DNA from: a virus
DNA: 64,000 bases
Direction: 5' to 3' (one strand)
IMG/VR virus record: IMGVR_UViG_3300042553_000326
Span: 11,243 to 75,242 of that record
The notes beneath the pieces are model-generated. The model saw only the letters and a program-made list of their open reading frames with translations, was not told the origin of the DNA and searched no databases. Made by a program: the position numbers and the translations under genes. This document shows positions 50,459 to 60,800 of this stretch, piece by piece; within the stretch, counting starts at the first letter, position 1, and every line of letters starts with the position of its first letter.

Positions 50459-52408
50459 TTATCTTACAGGACATACACCTGTAGGACACTCGTCTCCACC
50501 TTCAAATTCAGCGGAGCTAATACCACTAATCAATTTCGTCTTAGACACGAGATCATCGTATTGCTCTTTCGTGATCTCCTCATATGGTGCTTGTTTGAAG
50601 CCATGCTCAGAGTGTAGCAGGAAGGACAACGTCTTGAAGTTATTTCTATAGTGCTTCATCAAGAAGTCTTTTATCTCAGGAAGCTCCTCCTTACGATAAT
50701 ACACTGTGCAGCTAACGCTGTTATCTGACCAAGTCTCCTGCATACGTTTAACCCACTTCAGCTGCTCCAGTGCAGTCATATCTTTCGCAAGAATAGTACC
50801 TTCTGGATATGAGAATGGGAATGTGACAACTACTGTATTGTAATCCTCTGAGCCGTCGAAGTTTCTTACATACTCAACGGGATACCCATTATCACGACAC
50901 ACCTTAGTCAGTGCATGATCAGATGCAATTCTAATGCGTCTAAACATATATTGTGCATAACCAGGGTGTACACCAGGAGTTACTCCAGGCAACAATGATA
51001 ATGTACCACTAGGTTTCACAGTTGTAAGTTTGATAGATGGACGCATTTCGTTCACCTCAGAATACATATAGTCGTACTCTCTAAGGTGCTCATAGCATTC
51101 ATCCAGCCAACCAAGCTGCTGTTCTGTTGCTTGCATTACACCGGTCATACCAACGCCCATGCGCATGTTTCTATGCACTACTTCTTCTGTTTCTGGGTGA
51201 TGACAAGGCAACAGCAATGAGTGCTTGTTGATGCGATACAGCAGTGTTGCGATATCCAGCAGTTCATCTTTAGATTCGATATTCGGTAGGAATATCTCGC
51301 TGAGGCAGCAGGTCTCAAACGTATTCAGACTCTGCTCACCACAAGGGTTGTAACCTTGAACATCTGGATCAGGATACTGCGGTTCATTAAGACGACCTAC
51401 TTTCCTTGACAATCTCAAGTTAATAAGACCATAAGGCTCTCTAGGGTGACCTTGTGAGTCAGGCTGATATGTATCCCAGAAGTACTCGTGTAGATCACGA
51501 AGATCATCACAAGCAACACTGTTATTACTCATAGCACGCCATGCCGGTACATTACCGATGTCAAAGCGTTTTGCTAGGAGGAACTCAATGTCATCAGGAT
51601 CACCGATAGCTATTTGTGCTGAACGTCTAACATTACCGGCAACAATTATGTGACCAATAATATTCATGATATCAAGGCAGTCGATAGGTCTTACCTTCTT
51701 GCCTCTTCTATGCATGAGTACTTCAGAAATCTTTCCAATCCCCCAACATAGGTCTTCTGGTCCGGAAGCAACTCCTCCGAAGCCTTTGATAGGTGTCCCT
51801 TTTCCGCGTACCACTTGCGTAGAGTATGTAAAAGTCCCCTTTTCCTTTCGCTCACTAAGAAAAGCTGCCTTAAGAGTTTTGGCAAGGAATCTGACCCAAC
51901 CTTCTCTTGAATCTGGGATAATAAAGTCTGCTCCTCCGTGGTCAACTCTTGTAGGTGGAGTAAACCACTCTCGAACCATTGGGAGCTTCTCAACGTTTTT
52001 CCTCTGTATATTGTAACCAACGCCAGCTCCTAAGGCTAGAGCATCCATTGTCCACGTGAAAGGCACTATAGGGTTATCTACAACTACGAATGCGCAGTTC
52101 TGCAGTGACAGCAAACCAAATCTGTCAATCGTATGTGTCCCTAATTGCCACCAGAATCTTCCAGCAACACTACCCTTAAGCTTCAGGAAATAGTAACGTA
52201 GTCTACTCTTTTCATCTTCATCGAATCCGCAATTAAGCTGTGACTCACAGGCACTTATCACTCTATCTACGGTCTCGGGGAACTCTTCAGTTCTATTACC
52301 GTCGACGCTGCGACTGTAAGTACGTTTATATGTCAGATATCCCACCGAAGACCATGGTGTGATGATATCTTGTTCATTGGCAGTAGACTGCTCTTTTTGT
52401 GTACTCAT
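50459..52408 (-). CDS. nrdJ: Class II (B12-dependent, monomeric RTPR-type) ribonucleotide reductase
   Basis: TYKRTYSR, QNC, DSREGW, VAGNVRRSA, NPCGEQ and TTVKPSGT motifs; no small subunit nearby. Confidence 0.88.
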   Translation of the reverse strand: MSTQKEQSTANEQDIITPWSSVGYLTYKRTYSRSVDGNRTEEFPETVDRVISACESQLNCGFDEDEKSRLRYYFLKLKGSVAGRFWWQLGTHTIDRFGLLSLQNCAFVVVDNPIVPFTWTMDALALGAGVGYNIQRKNVEKLPMVREWFTPPTRVDHGGADFIIPDSREGWVRFLAKTLKAAFLSERKEKGTFTYSTQVVRGKGTPIKGFGGVASGPEDLCWGIGKISEVLMHRRGKKVRPIDCLDIMNIIGHIIVAGNVRRSAQIAIGDPDDIEFLLAKRFDIGNVPAWRAMSNNSVACDDLRDLHEYFWDTYQPDSQGHPREPYGLINLRLSRKVGRLNEPQYPDPDVQGYNPCGEQSLNTFETCCLSEIFLPNIESKDELLDIATLLYRINKHSLLLPCHHPETEEVVHRNMRMGVGMTGVMQATEQQLGWLDECYEHLREYDYMYSEVNEMRPSIKLTTVKPSGTLSLLPGVTPGVHPGYAQYMFRRIRIASDHALTKVCRDNGYPVEYVRNFDGSEDYNTVVVTFPFSYPEGTILAKDMTALEQLKWVKRMQETWSDNSVSCTVYYRKEELPEIKDFLMKHYRNNFKTLSFLLHSEHGFKQAPYEEITKEQYDDLVSKTKLISGISSAEFEGGDECPTGVCPVR

Positions 52409-52416
52409 AATTACCT

Positions 52417-52617
52417 TTATTGGTATTTTACGGAAACTATCTTACAACCTGGGTATTTCTTTCTAATCTTTGCTTCAGCAACATAGTGATCATTCTTCTG
52501 GGCGCATTTGACGTCTTCCTCTTTTTGCTCCCATAGATCAGTCTCTGTATTTAGAATCCAGAATTTAACACTAAACGTCTCAATCGCTTTCAAAGCCGTC
52601 ATCTGCGTAATCTCCAA
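52417..52617 (-). CDS. Hypothetical protein
   Basis: Fills the gap between the helicase and RNR genes. Confidence 0.45.
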   Translation of the reverse strand: MEITQMTALKAIETFSVKFWILNTETDLWEQKEEDVKCAQKNDHYVAEAKIRKKYPGCKIVSVKYQ

Positions 52618-54232
52618 GGCCCACTAATCTACCTGTTTCTTTGATATACCTTGCCCCAGGTACTGGTCCAGTTTGTCCAACTGTTCTGGATTTAAGAACG
52701 CACATCTTGATTTGGTTGCGCTCTCCTTCATCAACCGCAGCCATATTCCTAGCGAAAGCAATAATATCAAAGCATATTTGCTTAATGCTACCGCTACCTT
52801 TGATATCATCCATTGATGGTATCTTTCCTTCTTCAAAGGATTTTCCACCTGTGCTTACCTTTCTTAAGTGGCTTACTAGACCTATCCAGACAGGGTGTGA
52901 CTTGACTAACCTAAGCATGTCATTCATCACCTTATCAATTGCCTCGTTACCAGTGAGACCATCAGCACCTTCTGACACTAGGATAGTTATGTGGTCAATG
53001 AACAGATATTTACAACCTGCAAGACACATGTATTCCAGCTTCTCGATGATACTATCATCCTTGATGCTACCTTGATGATCCAACAATATCACACGATCCT
53101 CACCAAACACTTCATCAAATCCAGGTTTAAGTTCCTCTGGTGTTATCTCCTGCAATGCTGGATTTTTACTGATAGCCATACCAGATAGCTTTCTAGCTGT
53201 TTCAGCTGGTGCCTCTTCTAGAGACACGATACCGATTGTATCCTTGGTAGTCCTAAGGATATGAAGCATTACCTCTCGCATTATCGTAGACTTACCTGAG
53301 CCTGTCCCTGATATGAACAGCGCAATCTCACCTTCTCTCATACCCTTAATCTTGTGATTCACTCCATCAAGACATTCAGGATACGCAACAGATGGTGTAT
53401 TGTTGTACTTAATCAACGCTTCCCACAATGCTTCCTTACCAATAATACCGGCAGGGACATACTTCTCAGCATCATAGATAGCATTTAATACATCTTGCCC
53501 ACCCAGCTCAGTTAATACTTTGTTAGCATCTTTAAGGCTATGTCTTACAATTCTTGCTTTGTCAACACCAACGATCTTGATAGCGCGTTCTAATGCTTCT
53601 TTACCTGCACTGTCGTTATCAAGCCACAATACTACTTCCTTAAAGCTGCGCAACCAATCACGTTCTTGAAGCAACATGCTAGTGCCTGATGCAGAAGGTA
53701 ACGATACTACTGGATAGACACGTTTGTATTTATCGTAGTAAGCTTGTGCGATAGATAATGTATCTACTTCGCCTTCTGTGACTATTACTCGCTTACCACC
53801 GCTAGCAAATTTATCTCTACCAAATAAGCTCTTACACTTACCTATAGAGTAGAATGCCTTAGGAATCTTCCTTACTTTAAATGCTTCATTGTTCTGATAA
53901 GGGTAATAGTGTTCGCATATTTCACCATCAGGATTGAAACCGACTTTGACACCGTAGTGCTCACAGACTTCTACACCGATGCCTCTACCTAAGGCCTTTG
54001 TAGGACATTTAAGAATATCCTCAGCTGTCAGGTCACCAGAGACATGTAACTTTTTCTTCTTAGGTGGTGGAGCCTCATCTTCATCTTCCATAGCTGCCTT
54101 TGTTTGTTCTGCTGGAAAATACTTTTTACAAGAAAAACATGACGATGAGCCGTCTTCATACAGATTCCTTGCATCACTACTGCCGCATTCAGGATTTAGA
54201 CACGGTAGCTTGTATTTGACTATCCTGCCCAT
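52580..54232 (-). CDS. T7 gp4-like primase-helicase (probable start MGRIV)
   Basis: Zn finger C..CGSSD...CFSC; TOPRIM TEGEVD and DNDSAG; Walker A SGTGSGKST; IDHITI; DDIKGSGSIKQ. Confidence 0.95.
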   Translation of the reverse strand: MGRIVKYKLPCLNPECGSSDARNLYEDGSSSCFSCKKYFPAEQTKAAMEDEDEAPPPKKKKLHVSGDLTAEDILKCPTKALGRGIGVEVCEHYGVKVGFNPDGEICEHYYPYQNNEAFKVRKIPKAFYSIGKCKSLFGRDKFASGGKRVIVTEGEVDTLSIAQAYYDKYKRVYPVVSLPSASGTSMLLQERDWLRSFKEVVLWLDNDSAGKEALERAIKIVGVDKARIVRHSLKDANKVLTELGGQDVLNAIYDAEKYVPAGIIGKEALWEALIKYNNTPSVAYPECLDGVNHKIKGMREGEIALFISGTGSGKSTIMREVMLHILRTTKDTIGIVSLEEAPAETARKLSGMAISKNPALQEITPEELKPGFDEVFGEDRVILLDHQGSIKDDSIIEKLEYMCLAGCKYLFIDHITILVSEGADGLTGNEAIDKVMNDMLRLVKSHPVWIGLVSHLRKVSTGGKSFEEGKIPSMDDIKGSGSIKQICFDIIAFARNMAAVDEGERNQIKMCVLKSRTVGQTGPVPGARYIKETGRLVGLGDYADDGFESD

Positions 54233-54389
54233 TGAAGTCCTTTGGTTTAAACATACTAGCGAATCCGACATTAAACATGATCAACAACATAAAGTCGGCA
54301 CTCGTTATTGGATAGTATTGTGTGAAGATATTCAGTGCACCAGCGAATGTAAGGCACACCGACATAAACATCATTAGGTTGTAGAACAT
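54189..54389 (-). CDS. Small membrane protein
   Basis: Two hydrophobic segments. Confidence 0.4.
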   Translation of the reverse strand: MFYNLMMFMSVCLTFAGALNIFTQYYPITSADFMLLIMFNVGFASMFKPKDFNGQDSQIQATVSKS

Positions 54390-54931
54390 ATCACTTCCTT
54401 ACGCCATTCATCTAATCTTTCCTTATGTCTCTTTGTAATCTGTTCCTTGACATTCCAGGTAACAGCTTCCATGTACTTGTTATACCATTTGTCTTGATTT
54501 GGAAATGCCTCTACGTGCATCATACTCCAGGCCTCAGCATATCCTAGTGTACCGCGATTTACATACTCTTCTAGACAAATGAAATCGAAGCTAGAGAGTC
54601 CATATTGTTTCACGTCTACAACTAACTCTTTAGAAGAACTAGTGTAAGTACGCCAAGTAGTCTCTTGTCCCTTTACCTTACCCTTGGTCGATACATACTG
54701 CTTACTACCGATGTAGCCTCTCCCATTAATACGGTTCCGTATCAAGTAGATAAATCCAAAACAATTATGCTGATTCATCAACTCTGGAAACTGCCAGTGA
54801 CCATTCGGTTCTTCTGTGAATCTGGACTTTCGAGTTCGAGTTATGACATTCTCTTTAGGAGACTGCTTGATTATCTCGCCAGTGTCCATATTGAGAAATA
54901 CAGCCTCAATCTTAAGGTTTCCTATTCCCAT
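54374..54931 (-). CDS. GIY-YIG nuclease
   Basis: GFIYLI.N..NGRGYIGSK...W..Y.SSS...WYN motifs. Confidence 0.8.
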   Translation of the reverse strand: MGIGNLKIEAVFLNMDTGEIIKQSPKENVITRTRKSRFTEEPNGHWQFPELMNQHNCFGFIYLIRNRINGRGYIGSKQYVSTKGKVKGQETTWRTYTSSSKELVVDVKQYGLSSFDFICLEEYVNRGTLGYAEAWSMMHVEAFPNQDKWYNKYMEAVTWNVKEQITKRHKERLDEWRKEVICSTT

Positions 54932-55289
54932 GTGTAAGCTCAGCCTTTTCCTTATTCTTATCGAGCCCCAGTGTATGCACTAAGAGTTCCTTCAGCATTA
55001 CAGGATGCATGACAAAAGCACCGTTTGGTAATTGATAAATCTGCCTGGACGGTTCGTTGTATTGCACATACTTAAAGCGTAGCAGTGGTTTCCAGGGTTT
55101 GCTAAACAGACGTTCCTTCCACGTTCTAATCTCCTGATTAGTATATGAATCCACCAGACTATCGTTAGTATAAACCTTACAACCGTGCAACATCTCACCG
55201 GAGTATGTGGTATTCTCGCTAAAAGCTTTCTTGGGGAAGTTACGTATATCTTGTACAGTCATTTGTATAGCCTCACTTTCGTAGATCAT
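54912..55289 (-). CDS. Hypothetical protein
   Basis: ORF in the replication operon. Confidence 0.55.
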   Translation of the reverse strand: MIYESEAIQMTVQDIRNFPKKAFSENTTYSGEMLHGCKVYTNDSLVDSYTNQEIRTWKERLFSKPWKPLLRFKYVQYNEPSRQIYQLPNGAFVMHPVMLKELLVHTLGLDKNKEKAELTHGNRKP

Positions 55290-55299
55290 GGGTAACGGC

Positions 55300-55459
55300 T
55301 TTGCGCCGACGATCCGGCAGGGCCGCAGGTTGGTCGCAGGCGGGGCGATTGCACCATCGCCGATACTCGCCCCATCCCGCGCCGTTGCGCCTCGCTATGG
55401 CCCAACCTGAGTACCAGGCGGGTCGCTTCGATGTGCCGCATCGGTCTCCGGGCAATAGA
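55300..55459 (-). repeat. GC-rich dispersed element, copy 2 (inverted relative to copy 1)
   Basis: 55372-55409 is the exact reverse complement of 5795-5832. Confidence 0.85.
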
Positions 55460-55461
55460 AA

Positions 55462-56280
55462 TTATGCAGCTAACATTATATCCACTATAGACCAAGGTCT
55501 GCAAGTGAAATAGTCATCTACGGTTTTCTTGAGATATAACAACTTACCGTTTATCTGAATATGGTTGTACCAATCATCAGGAAATGCAGCAAGATATCCT
55601 AATACAATAGCTTCTTGCATCTCATCTTCAGTCTCACAACCCTCCAGCATCTTAGCAGCTCTTACATCGCCGATACCTGGAAGGCCTGGAATGTTATCCG
55701 AAGAGTCACCCTTAAGCAGTTGCTCATAGAACAATTTCATTGCCTCGAATTCAGACACAGTACTAAATGTATTATGCTTCAGATTGTAGTGACGTCCTGG
55801 TATGCATTTGAGATCTTTGTCTATTGAGCATATAATAAAGTCATCACCGGCTGCAGCTGCTTGAGTTGCCCATATACGAAGGCAGTCATCAGCTTCCATG
55901 CCATAGGCTTCTAGCGCAAGCCCATTTTGTACTGCCATATCACGAAGCATTGGTACAAACATATTAGCAAGTCTAGGGTCAGACTTGTGTCGGTTTTTCT
56001 TGTATTCAGGATATAGCTCATCCCTGAAATTTACAGCACTCTTTACTGCCATAAGGTAATCTTCAGCATATACAATATCTAATACACTCTGAAGTTGCTT
56101 CTGGTAGTTATCCCAGGAATCACAAAGGTAGTCAGCATCTTGCTCCATTGTAAACTCCTTAGGGATCTTTCTAAGCCTACCTGTGTCTGCATTTACTTCC
56201 ATGTTCACAGGATCCCTCTCATTGTATCTACTCTTGCAAGCGTGATACGCAATGACATCACCATCAATCAGTGCCAGCAT
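55462..56280 (-). CDS. 5'-3' exonuclease (T7 gp6-like)
   Basis: LIDGD, NFR, YKKNR, EADD, DKDL and GDSSDNIPGLPGIG motifs. Confidence 0.93.
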   Translation of the reverse strand: MLALIDGDVIAYHACKSRYNERDPVNMEVNADTGRLRKIPKEFTMEQDADYLCDSWDNYQKQLQSVLDIVYAEDYLMAVKSAVNFRDELYPEYKKNRHKSDPRLANMFVPMLRDMAVQNGLALEAYGMEADDCLRIWATQAAAAGDDFIICSIDKDLKCIPGRHYNLKHNTFSTVSEFEAMKLFYEQLLKGDSSDNIPGLPGIGDVRAAKMLEGCETEDEMQEAIVLGYLAAFPDDWYNHIQINGKLLYLKKTVDDYFTCRPWSIVDIMLAA

Positions 56281-56357
56281 CTTTACGTCCTGTCAGTCTG
56301 CGAAGGAGTCTATTCAGTCTCCACCAATAGAGTTTAGGAAACATCAATCGTTTCAGT

Positions 56358-56618
56358 TCAGTAATACGTTTTGAGAAACCTGCCGTCATACATTTCCTTT
56401 CTAGGACGCACCCAGACTTTACCATTAGGTAACGCCCCATTCTTTGTTGCATCTACATAGATCACTACGTCTTCTAAAGTAGCCTCTATCTTCCCGAATG
56501 CGAATACGAGATACAGATTTCCTGTCTTCAAATGCTCTACTGTATCACCTAATTCAAAGTCTAGGCGTTCAAGTTGTACGGCCATGCTCGCATCCGCAGT
56601 TAAAATTACCGTTGCCAT
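56358..56618 (-). CDS. DUF1653-like protein
   Basis: H.KTGN.Y.V......EATLE.VVIY...WVRP..EM..GRF pattern. Confidence 0.65.
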   Translation of the reverse strand: MATVILTADASMAVQLERLDFELGDTVEHLKTGNLYLVFAFGKIEATLEDVVIYVDATKNGALPNGKVWVRPRKEMYDGRFLKTYY

Positions 56619-56811
56619 TATGACTCCAACCTACAGGCATACAGTGTGGATTTAATTTGAGGTCAGCTAGGTAACCGTATATCGCACCTGCGCCGTTGTA
56701 ACCGACACGCTTGAAGCTATGACGTTCAGTAGAACCAGCCATCTCTTTGCCGCAGGCTTTACATTTAAACAGTTGTAATAGCTTTATCTCAGCCTCTATG
56801 TGAATAATCAT
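56569..56811 (-). CDS. Small Cys-containing hypothetical protein
   Basis: Coupled to the polymerase stop codon; CKAC...C.C. Confidence 0.5.
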   Translation of the reverse strand: MIIHIEAEIKLLQLFKCKACGKEMAGSTERHSFKRVGYNGAGAIYGYLADLKLNPHCMPVGWSHNGNGNFNCGCEHGRTT

Positions 56812-58787
56812 TAGTGTACCTCATACCAGTTCATACCAACTTTAGCTTCTCCATCCATAATCGTTATACCGAAAAGTTTCGGGCCGTCTATGAAAGACTG
56901 CTTGGCGATTACTGCAGCTTGCTCTACGTGTTCTTCCTTCACCATAAAATCGATCTCATCATGCATAAATATACATGGCCAAAATTCGATTCCAGCTTCT
57001 TTGAGTCTCTTCATAGTAAGCATCAACGCTGCAGCACATGTTGCCTTCTCGCAAGCCTGCAAGAGATACACTAATAGTTTATGAAAAGAATCCACATAAA
57101 TACGATTACCGGCAATACCGATAATGTAACCATCACCAAACTGGGATGTGCTACCATATACCTTTTCAAGTTTCTCCAACAGTTTCTCAAATCCAGGTAC
57201 AGCTTTCTGGAAGCCACGTTTGAACTTATTACCTTTCTTTTTGTCAAAGATACTGAAAATATAACTCCAAAGCTTGTCACCACCAGCTCCAAATAAGAAA
57301 GCATACAGAATACGTTTGGCTGTGGCTCTCTTCTTCTTAGCAAACTCTTCCTCAGTGATGTTTATCGATCTCAGATAGTTATTCCAAGATACACTCATTT
57401 CATTCAAAGCTTGTTCAATAGCTCCTGCGTTAAATGTATGAATGTCGCCATTGAGTAACTGATTAGTGAACTCTGCATTATCCAAATAGTGTGCTAACCC
57501 TCTAGCTTGATTACCTGCACTGTCAGCACCTATAAGTTTCCATCCAGGGAAACACGTAAACAGACTACGCATTTCTTTACCCCAGGGGTTCTCAGCGGCT
57601 GGTACATTCACAATGCCAGAGTGCCTGGCTCGCATACTAGGTGTACCTACTACCATGCAACCACCATGTAGCATACCGATGTCTTTTACATCAAAAGGAT
57701 TGCTTCTGACTACGTTATCCAGCCACCCCTTCAGAATACCATGTCTAGACTTGGTTGTAAGAAAGTCACAGTACAGCTTGCCATCACCTTCCATACACTC
57801 TAAGCTATCTTCAGTAATCTTACCAGAGGTCTGTCTACGCTCACCAGTCTCTTTATCCTTTACATAGTTGTACTCAGTAGGTTCCCAACCATGGCGATAT
57901 AGAAAGATCTTCACATCGTCTACGCTATCTAGGTCCAGCGGCACAATCTCAACACGAGAGTATTCACCCTCGACAAGTCTATCCATATCCTGACCTGTGT
58001 ACGGATCAATCTTAAACCAATTGGCTGTATGTGCAGCATAAGCACCAATCTTTGTCCACTTAGGTTTCTTAGCCTCAACGACACCTTTACATTTATCTAT
58101 AGCAACAGCCTTGAAGCCAAGCTTAGGCATAATGATTGCCTTGGTTTTCTCCATTTCTACTGTCAGGTCATTGAAGAGTATCTCAGCAGCCCTGATATCG
58201 AAAGGCCAACCCTTAAGCTCAGCTTGTGCTGCCCACCTTGCTGCATAGTGTTCAGCTTGCAGATACGGTATTATTTGTGGACGCTTACCTGCTAGATCTT
58301 TGAATTCAGCCAGAACTGTATTATACACTCTAGCTGTCAATCTCAGATCCTGTTCCCAGTAGGTAATCATTTCATCGCCTACACGTTTCCAGAAATCTTC
58401 TACAGATTCACCTTCAGCTGGCTTGAAATTCTCTGGATTGAAACTACCTTTGTGAGACCCTAAGTGTTGACCCCATACCTCTAAGGAATGACCTTCACTG
58501 CCAAATCTTTTATAATTTAACACCTGCGACATGAGCAAAGTATCATGCCTAGCTGTATCATCGGAAGGTATCCATCCAGCAACCTTCTCTAACGCTGGAA
58601 TATCAAATCCTTCAGCATTATGTCCAACTAATAGCTTTGCTTCGGATAATGCTTGCTTCCACCCAGGTTCTTCATTCCACAACCATCTATGAATCTTATT
58701 TGTTGCTGTATCCAGATAGCCTACAATCCACGCACGAGTGCATTCTTGTAGGAGTCCATCTGTCTCAATGTCAAAGATAAAAGCCAC
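56811..58787 (-). CDS. Family A DNA polymerase (T7 gp5-like) with 3'-5' exonuclease
   Basis: FDIETDG, GHN..GFD, Y..QD; motif A GADSAGNQAR, motif B RATAKRILYAFLFG, motif C MHDEI. Confidence 0.95.
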   Translation of the reverse strand: MAFIFDIETDGLLQECTRAWIVGYLDTATNKIHRWLWNEEPGWKQALSEAKLLVGHNAEGFDIPALEKVAGWIPSDDTARHDTLLMSQVLNYKRFGSEGHSLEVWGQHLGSHKGSFNPENFKPAEGESVEDFWKRVGDEMITYWEQDLRLTARVYNTVLAEFKDLAGKRPQIIPYLQAEHYAARWAAQAELKGWPFDIRAAEILFNDLTVEMEKTKAIIMPKLGFKAVAIDKCKGVVEAKKPKWTKIGAYAAHTANWFKIDPYTGQDMDRLVEGEYSRVEIVPLDLDSVDDVKIFLYRHGWEPTEYNYVKDKETGERRQTSGKITEDSLECMEGDGKLYCDFLTTKSRHGILKGWLDNVVRSNPFDVKDIGMLHGGCMVVGTPSMRARHSGIVNVPAAENPWGKEMRSLFTCFPGWKLIGADSAGNQARGLAHYLDNAEFTNQLLNGDIHTFNAGAIEQALNEMSVSWNNYLRSINITEEEFAKKKRATAKRILYAFLFGAGGDKLWSYIFSIFDKKKGNKFKRGFQKAVPGFEKLLEKLEKVYGSTSQFGDGYIIGIAGNRIYVDSFHKLLVYLLQACEKATCAAALMLTMKRLKEAGIEFWPCIFMHDEIDFMVKEEHVEQAAVIAKQSFIDGPKLFGITIMDGEAKVGMNWYEVH

Positions 58788-58802
58788 ATGGACTCCGTAC
58801 GG

Positions 58803-59444
58803 TTAGTTTTGAATGAACTTCATAGTTTCATTTACGACAGGTACTCCAGGCTTTCTATCATCGTTCAAAACACCATTGTGCTCAGCATCTAGCAGAATAG
58901 CACAGCCAGCCATAGCATGTGCCAAATGATGAATACCGCTGTCATCTGCACAGCGTTCTCCACTCATCCAAGCATGCATATGTCGCATGATAGCATCATA
59001 AAAAACTGTGCTAGTGACATTAGCATCACGCCAATTGAATCTGCCATACTTCTTTCTACCGTCATTCATCGCTGCACCAAGTGCCATTAGTGACACAGGT
59101 GGAATAGCTGAGAATGTAGGCTTACCTACGGCTGCCGCTGTCTTTGCATTGCTATCAGGCAGGTCTGCCTTTACATGAAACCCATCTGTCTCCTCAAGGA
59201 CGTTATATGTTTTCGTACCTTCAAATCGCATAGGTTTCCAAGCTGCATCCCTCTCTAACTTATTCTGCCACTCATCGATTTCATCCTGACTATAAAGATA
59301 AGCACAGATTGCCTTCGTCATGTTATCCGTGATGCGGATAAGCATATAGTCAGTGTCTTTGAACTTACGAATGGATTCGAATCGTACAGCTGTATCCAGG
59401 ATTTGCTGATTATCTCTATTCACCAACTCGTATGTGTATCGCAT
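58803..59444 (-). CDS. DUF5664-like dATP/dGTP diphosphohydrolase domain protein
   Basis: K...GKP..S.IPP...G..KYGRFNWR...AIMRH..AW..GE..ADDSG.HHLAHA motif. Confidence 0.75.
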   Translation of the reverse strand: MRYTYELVNRDNQQILDTAVRFESIRKFKDTDYMLIRITDNMTKAICAYLYSQDEIDEWQNKLERDAAWKPMRFEGTKTYNVLEETDGFHVKADLPDSNAKTAAAVGKPTFSAIPPVSLMALGAAMNDGRKKYGRFNWRDANVTSTVFYDAIMRHMHAWMSGERCADDSGIHHLAHAMAGCAILLDAEHNGVLNDDRKPGVPVVNETMKFIQN

Positions 59445-59705
59445 TTATTCTCCAAGATTACCATTGTCGTGCTTATTCTGACGCTCCAATGGTAGAATGT
59501 ACTCTTCAAATAATAATTGCTTTGCTTTCTCAATTGCACCTAATGCTTCATTGTGATTAGCAAGTACAGAAGCCTTGTGAGAAGTCACAAAGCCTCTGAC
59601 GAGAGTCACCACAGCGAAACAAAGGTCATCGCTAGTATTCAAACCAGCGGAGCCAATTTGAGCAGACCTAATCTGCTGTTTACGATGCTCTCTAATGTGA
59701 CTCAT
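59445..59705 (-). CDS. Hypothetical protein
   Basis: Packed ORF; GA.E.AK...P.E..K...NG pattern of a small phage family. Confidence 0.55.
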   Translation of the reverse strand: MSHIREHRKQQIRSAQIGSAGLNTSDDLCFAVVTLVRGFVTSHKASVLANHNEALGAIEKAKQLLFEEYILPLERQNKHDNGNLGE

Positions 59706-60313
59706 TAGAATGCAGGCTCATCTTCAGCTTGCGATACACTCGGACCTTTCTTAGTCTTAGGTGTATCCTCTTCGGCATCGTCATCATCGGATTCCGGTGC
59801 CTCTTCGATCTCGGTATCATCCTCGTCATCGAAATCTTCGTAATCACCACCCTTGCTTTCGTATTTGATAAGCTTCTTAATCTGTACGCCCATCAATACG
59901 CTAGCTTGCTTTGTCTTACCACCTGCCTCATACTCGTATTGGAAGATGCGAATATTCACAATGCTTCCGTTACCGATTGACCTTGGATCAGCTGGAACGC
60001 GCTCGCCCTTCTGCATAATGAAGACTTCCACTGGTGCATTCACAGTGCCATCGCTCTTGATGGAATACTTACGAAGGTGTGCGATATACTGCTTCTTACC
60101 ATCGCGAAGGATCGGTTCGCCTTCATTCTCTTCGCCTTCTTTGTGCACCAATACCTTCAGCTTAAGGCCAGCTGCATCAGCTTCCTTCTTAACGTTCACA
60201 TCAGTCGTGCGAACTTGGATCTCCCACGTAGGCCTCTCTTTGTTGAATGCTTTGTTGGGGCGCTTCGGATCAAGACGCGGGTACCAAATTTCAAGACCTT
60301 TAATAATAGCCAT
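59705..60313 (-). CDS. T7 gp2.5-like single-stranded DNA-binding protein
   Basis: IGNGS.VN, L.GVQI.KL..Y; acidic C-terminal tail ending in Phe. Confidence 0.85.
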   Translation of the reverse strand: MAIIKGLEIWYPRLDPKRPNKAFNKERPTWEIQVRTTDVNVKKEADAAGLKLKVLVHKEGEENEGEPILRDGKKQYIAHLRKYSIKSDGTVNAPVEVFIMQKGERVPADPRSIGNGSIVNIRIFQYEYEAGGKTKQASVLMGVQIKKLIKYESKGGDYEDFDDEDDTEIEEAPESDDDDAEEDTPKTKKGPSVSQAEDEPAF

Positions 60314-60346
60314 ATTTTTCTTTCGAATTAATCATTAAGTTAACAA

Positions 60347-60800
60347 TCACTCTTTAAACGCCGAATCCCATTCCTCATCAGTTGAGCCAGTCATAATGAA
60401 CTCACGGTCTGATGGAGATAGGTGTGGCATGACATTTTGAATCAAACCGCCTGCTTCCCACTGCTGAAGTTGCTCTTCTGTTACATCAATCTCCTTGGTA
60501 CGCACAATACCAGAGATCATACTACGCTTTGTTATCTGCATTTGTATATCCCGTCATTCAAATTTGCTCATCATATAACTCCCAGAAGTAGCCTCCTGGT
60601 CCACAGTTATCCCTAAAGGATCTAGCATCAGAAGCTGGTGAAGTATTGTTCTGAGCTGCCGCTAGTGCTTTAGGATCTTTTGCTACAACATTCGGGTGAC
60701 AACAATTCAGATAAGTAGCACCCTGGACGTTCACCGCCCATTTACAATTTCGACACAACCTTAATATTGCAAGTTTTATCTCAGGCAAAGCAGTACTCAC
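60347..60800 (-). CDS. Two small hypothetical genes (60347-60541, 60558-60800)
   Basis: LIQNVMPHLS..DREFIMTG....W; Cys-rich ORF. Confidence 0.55.
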
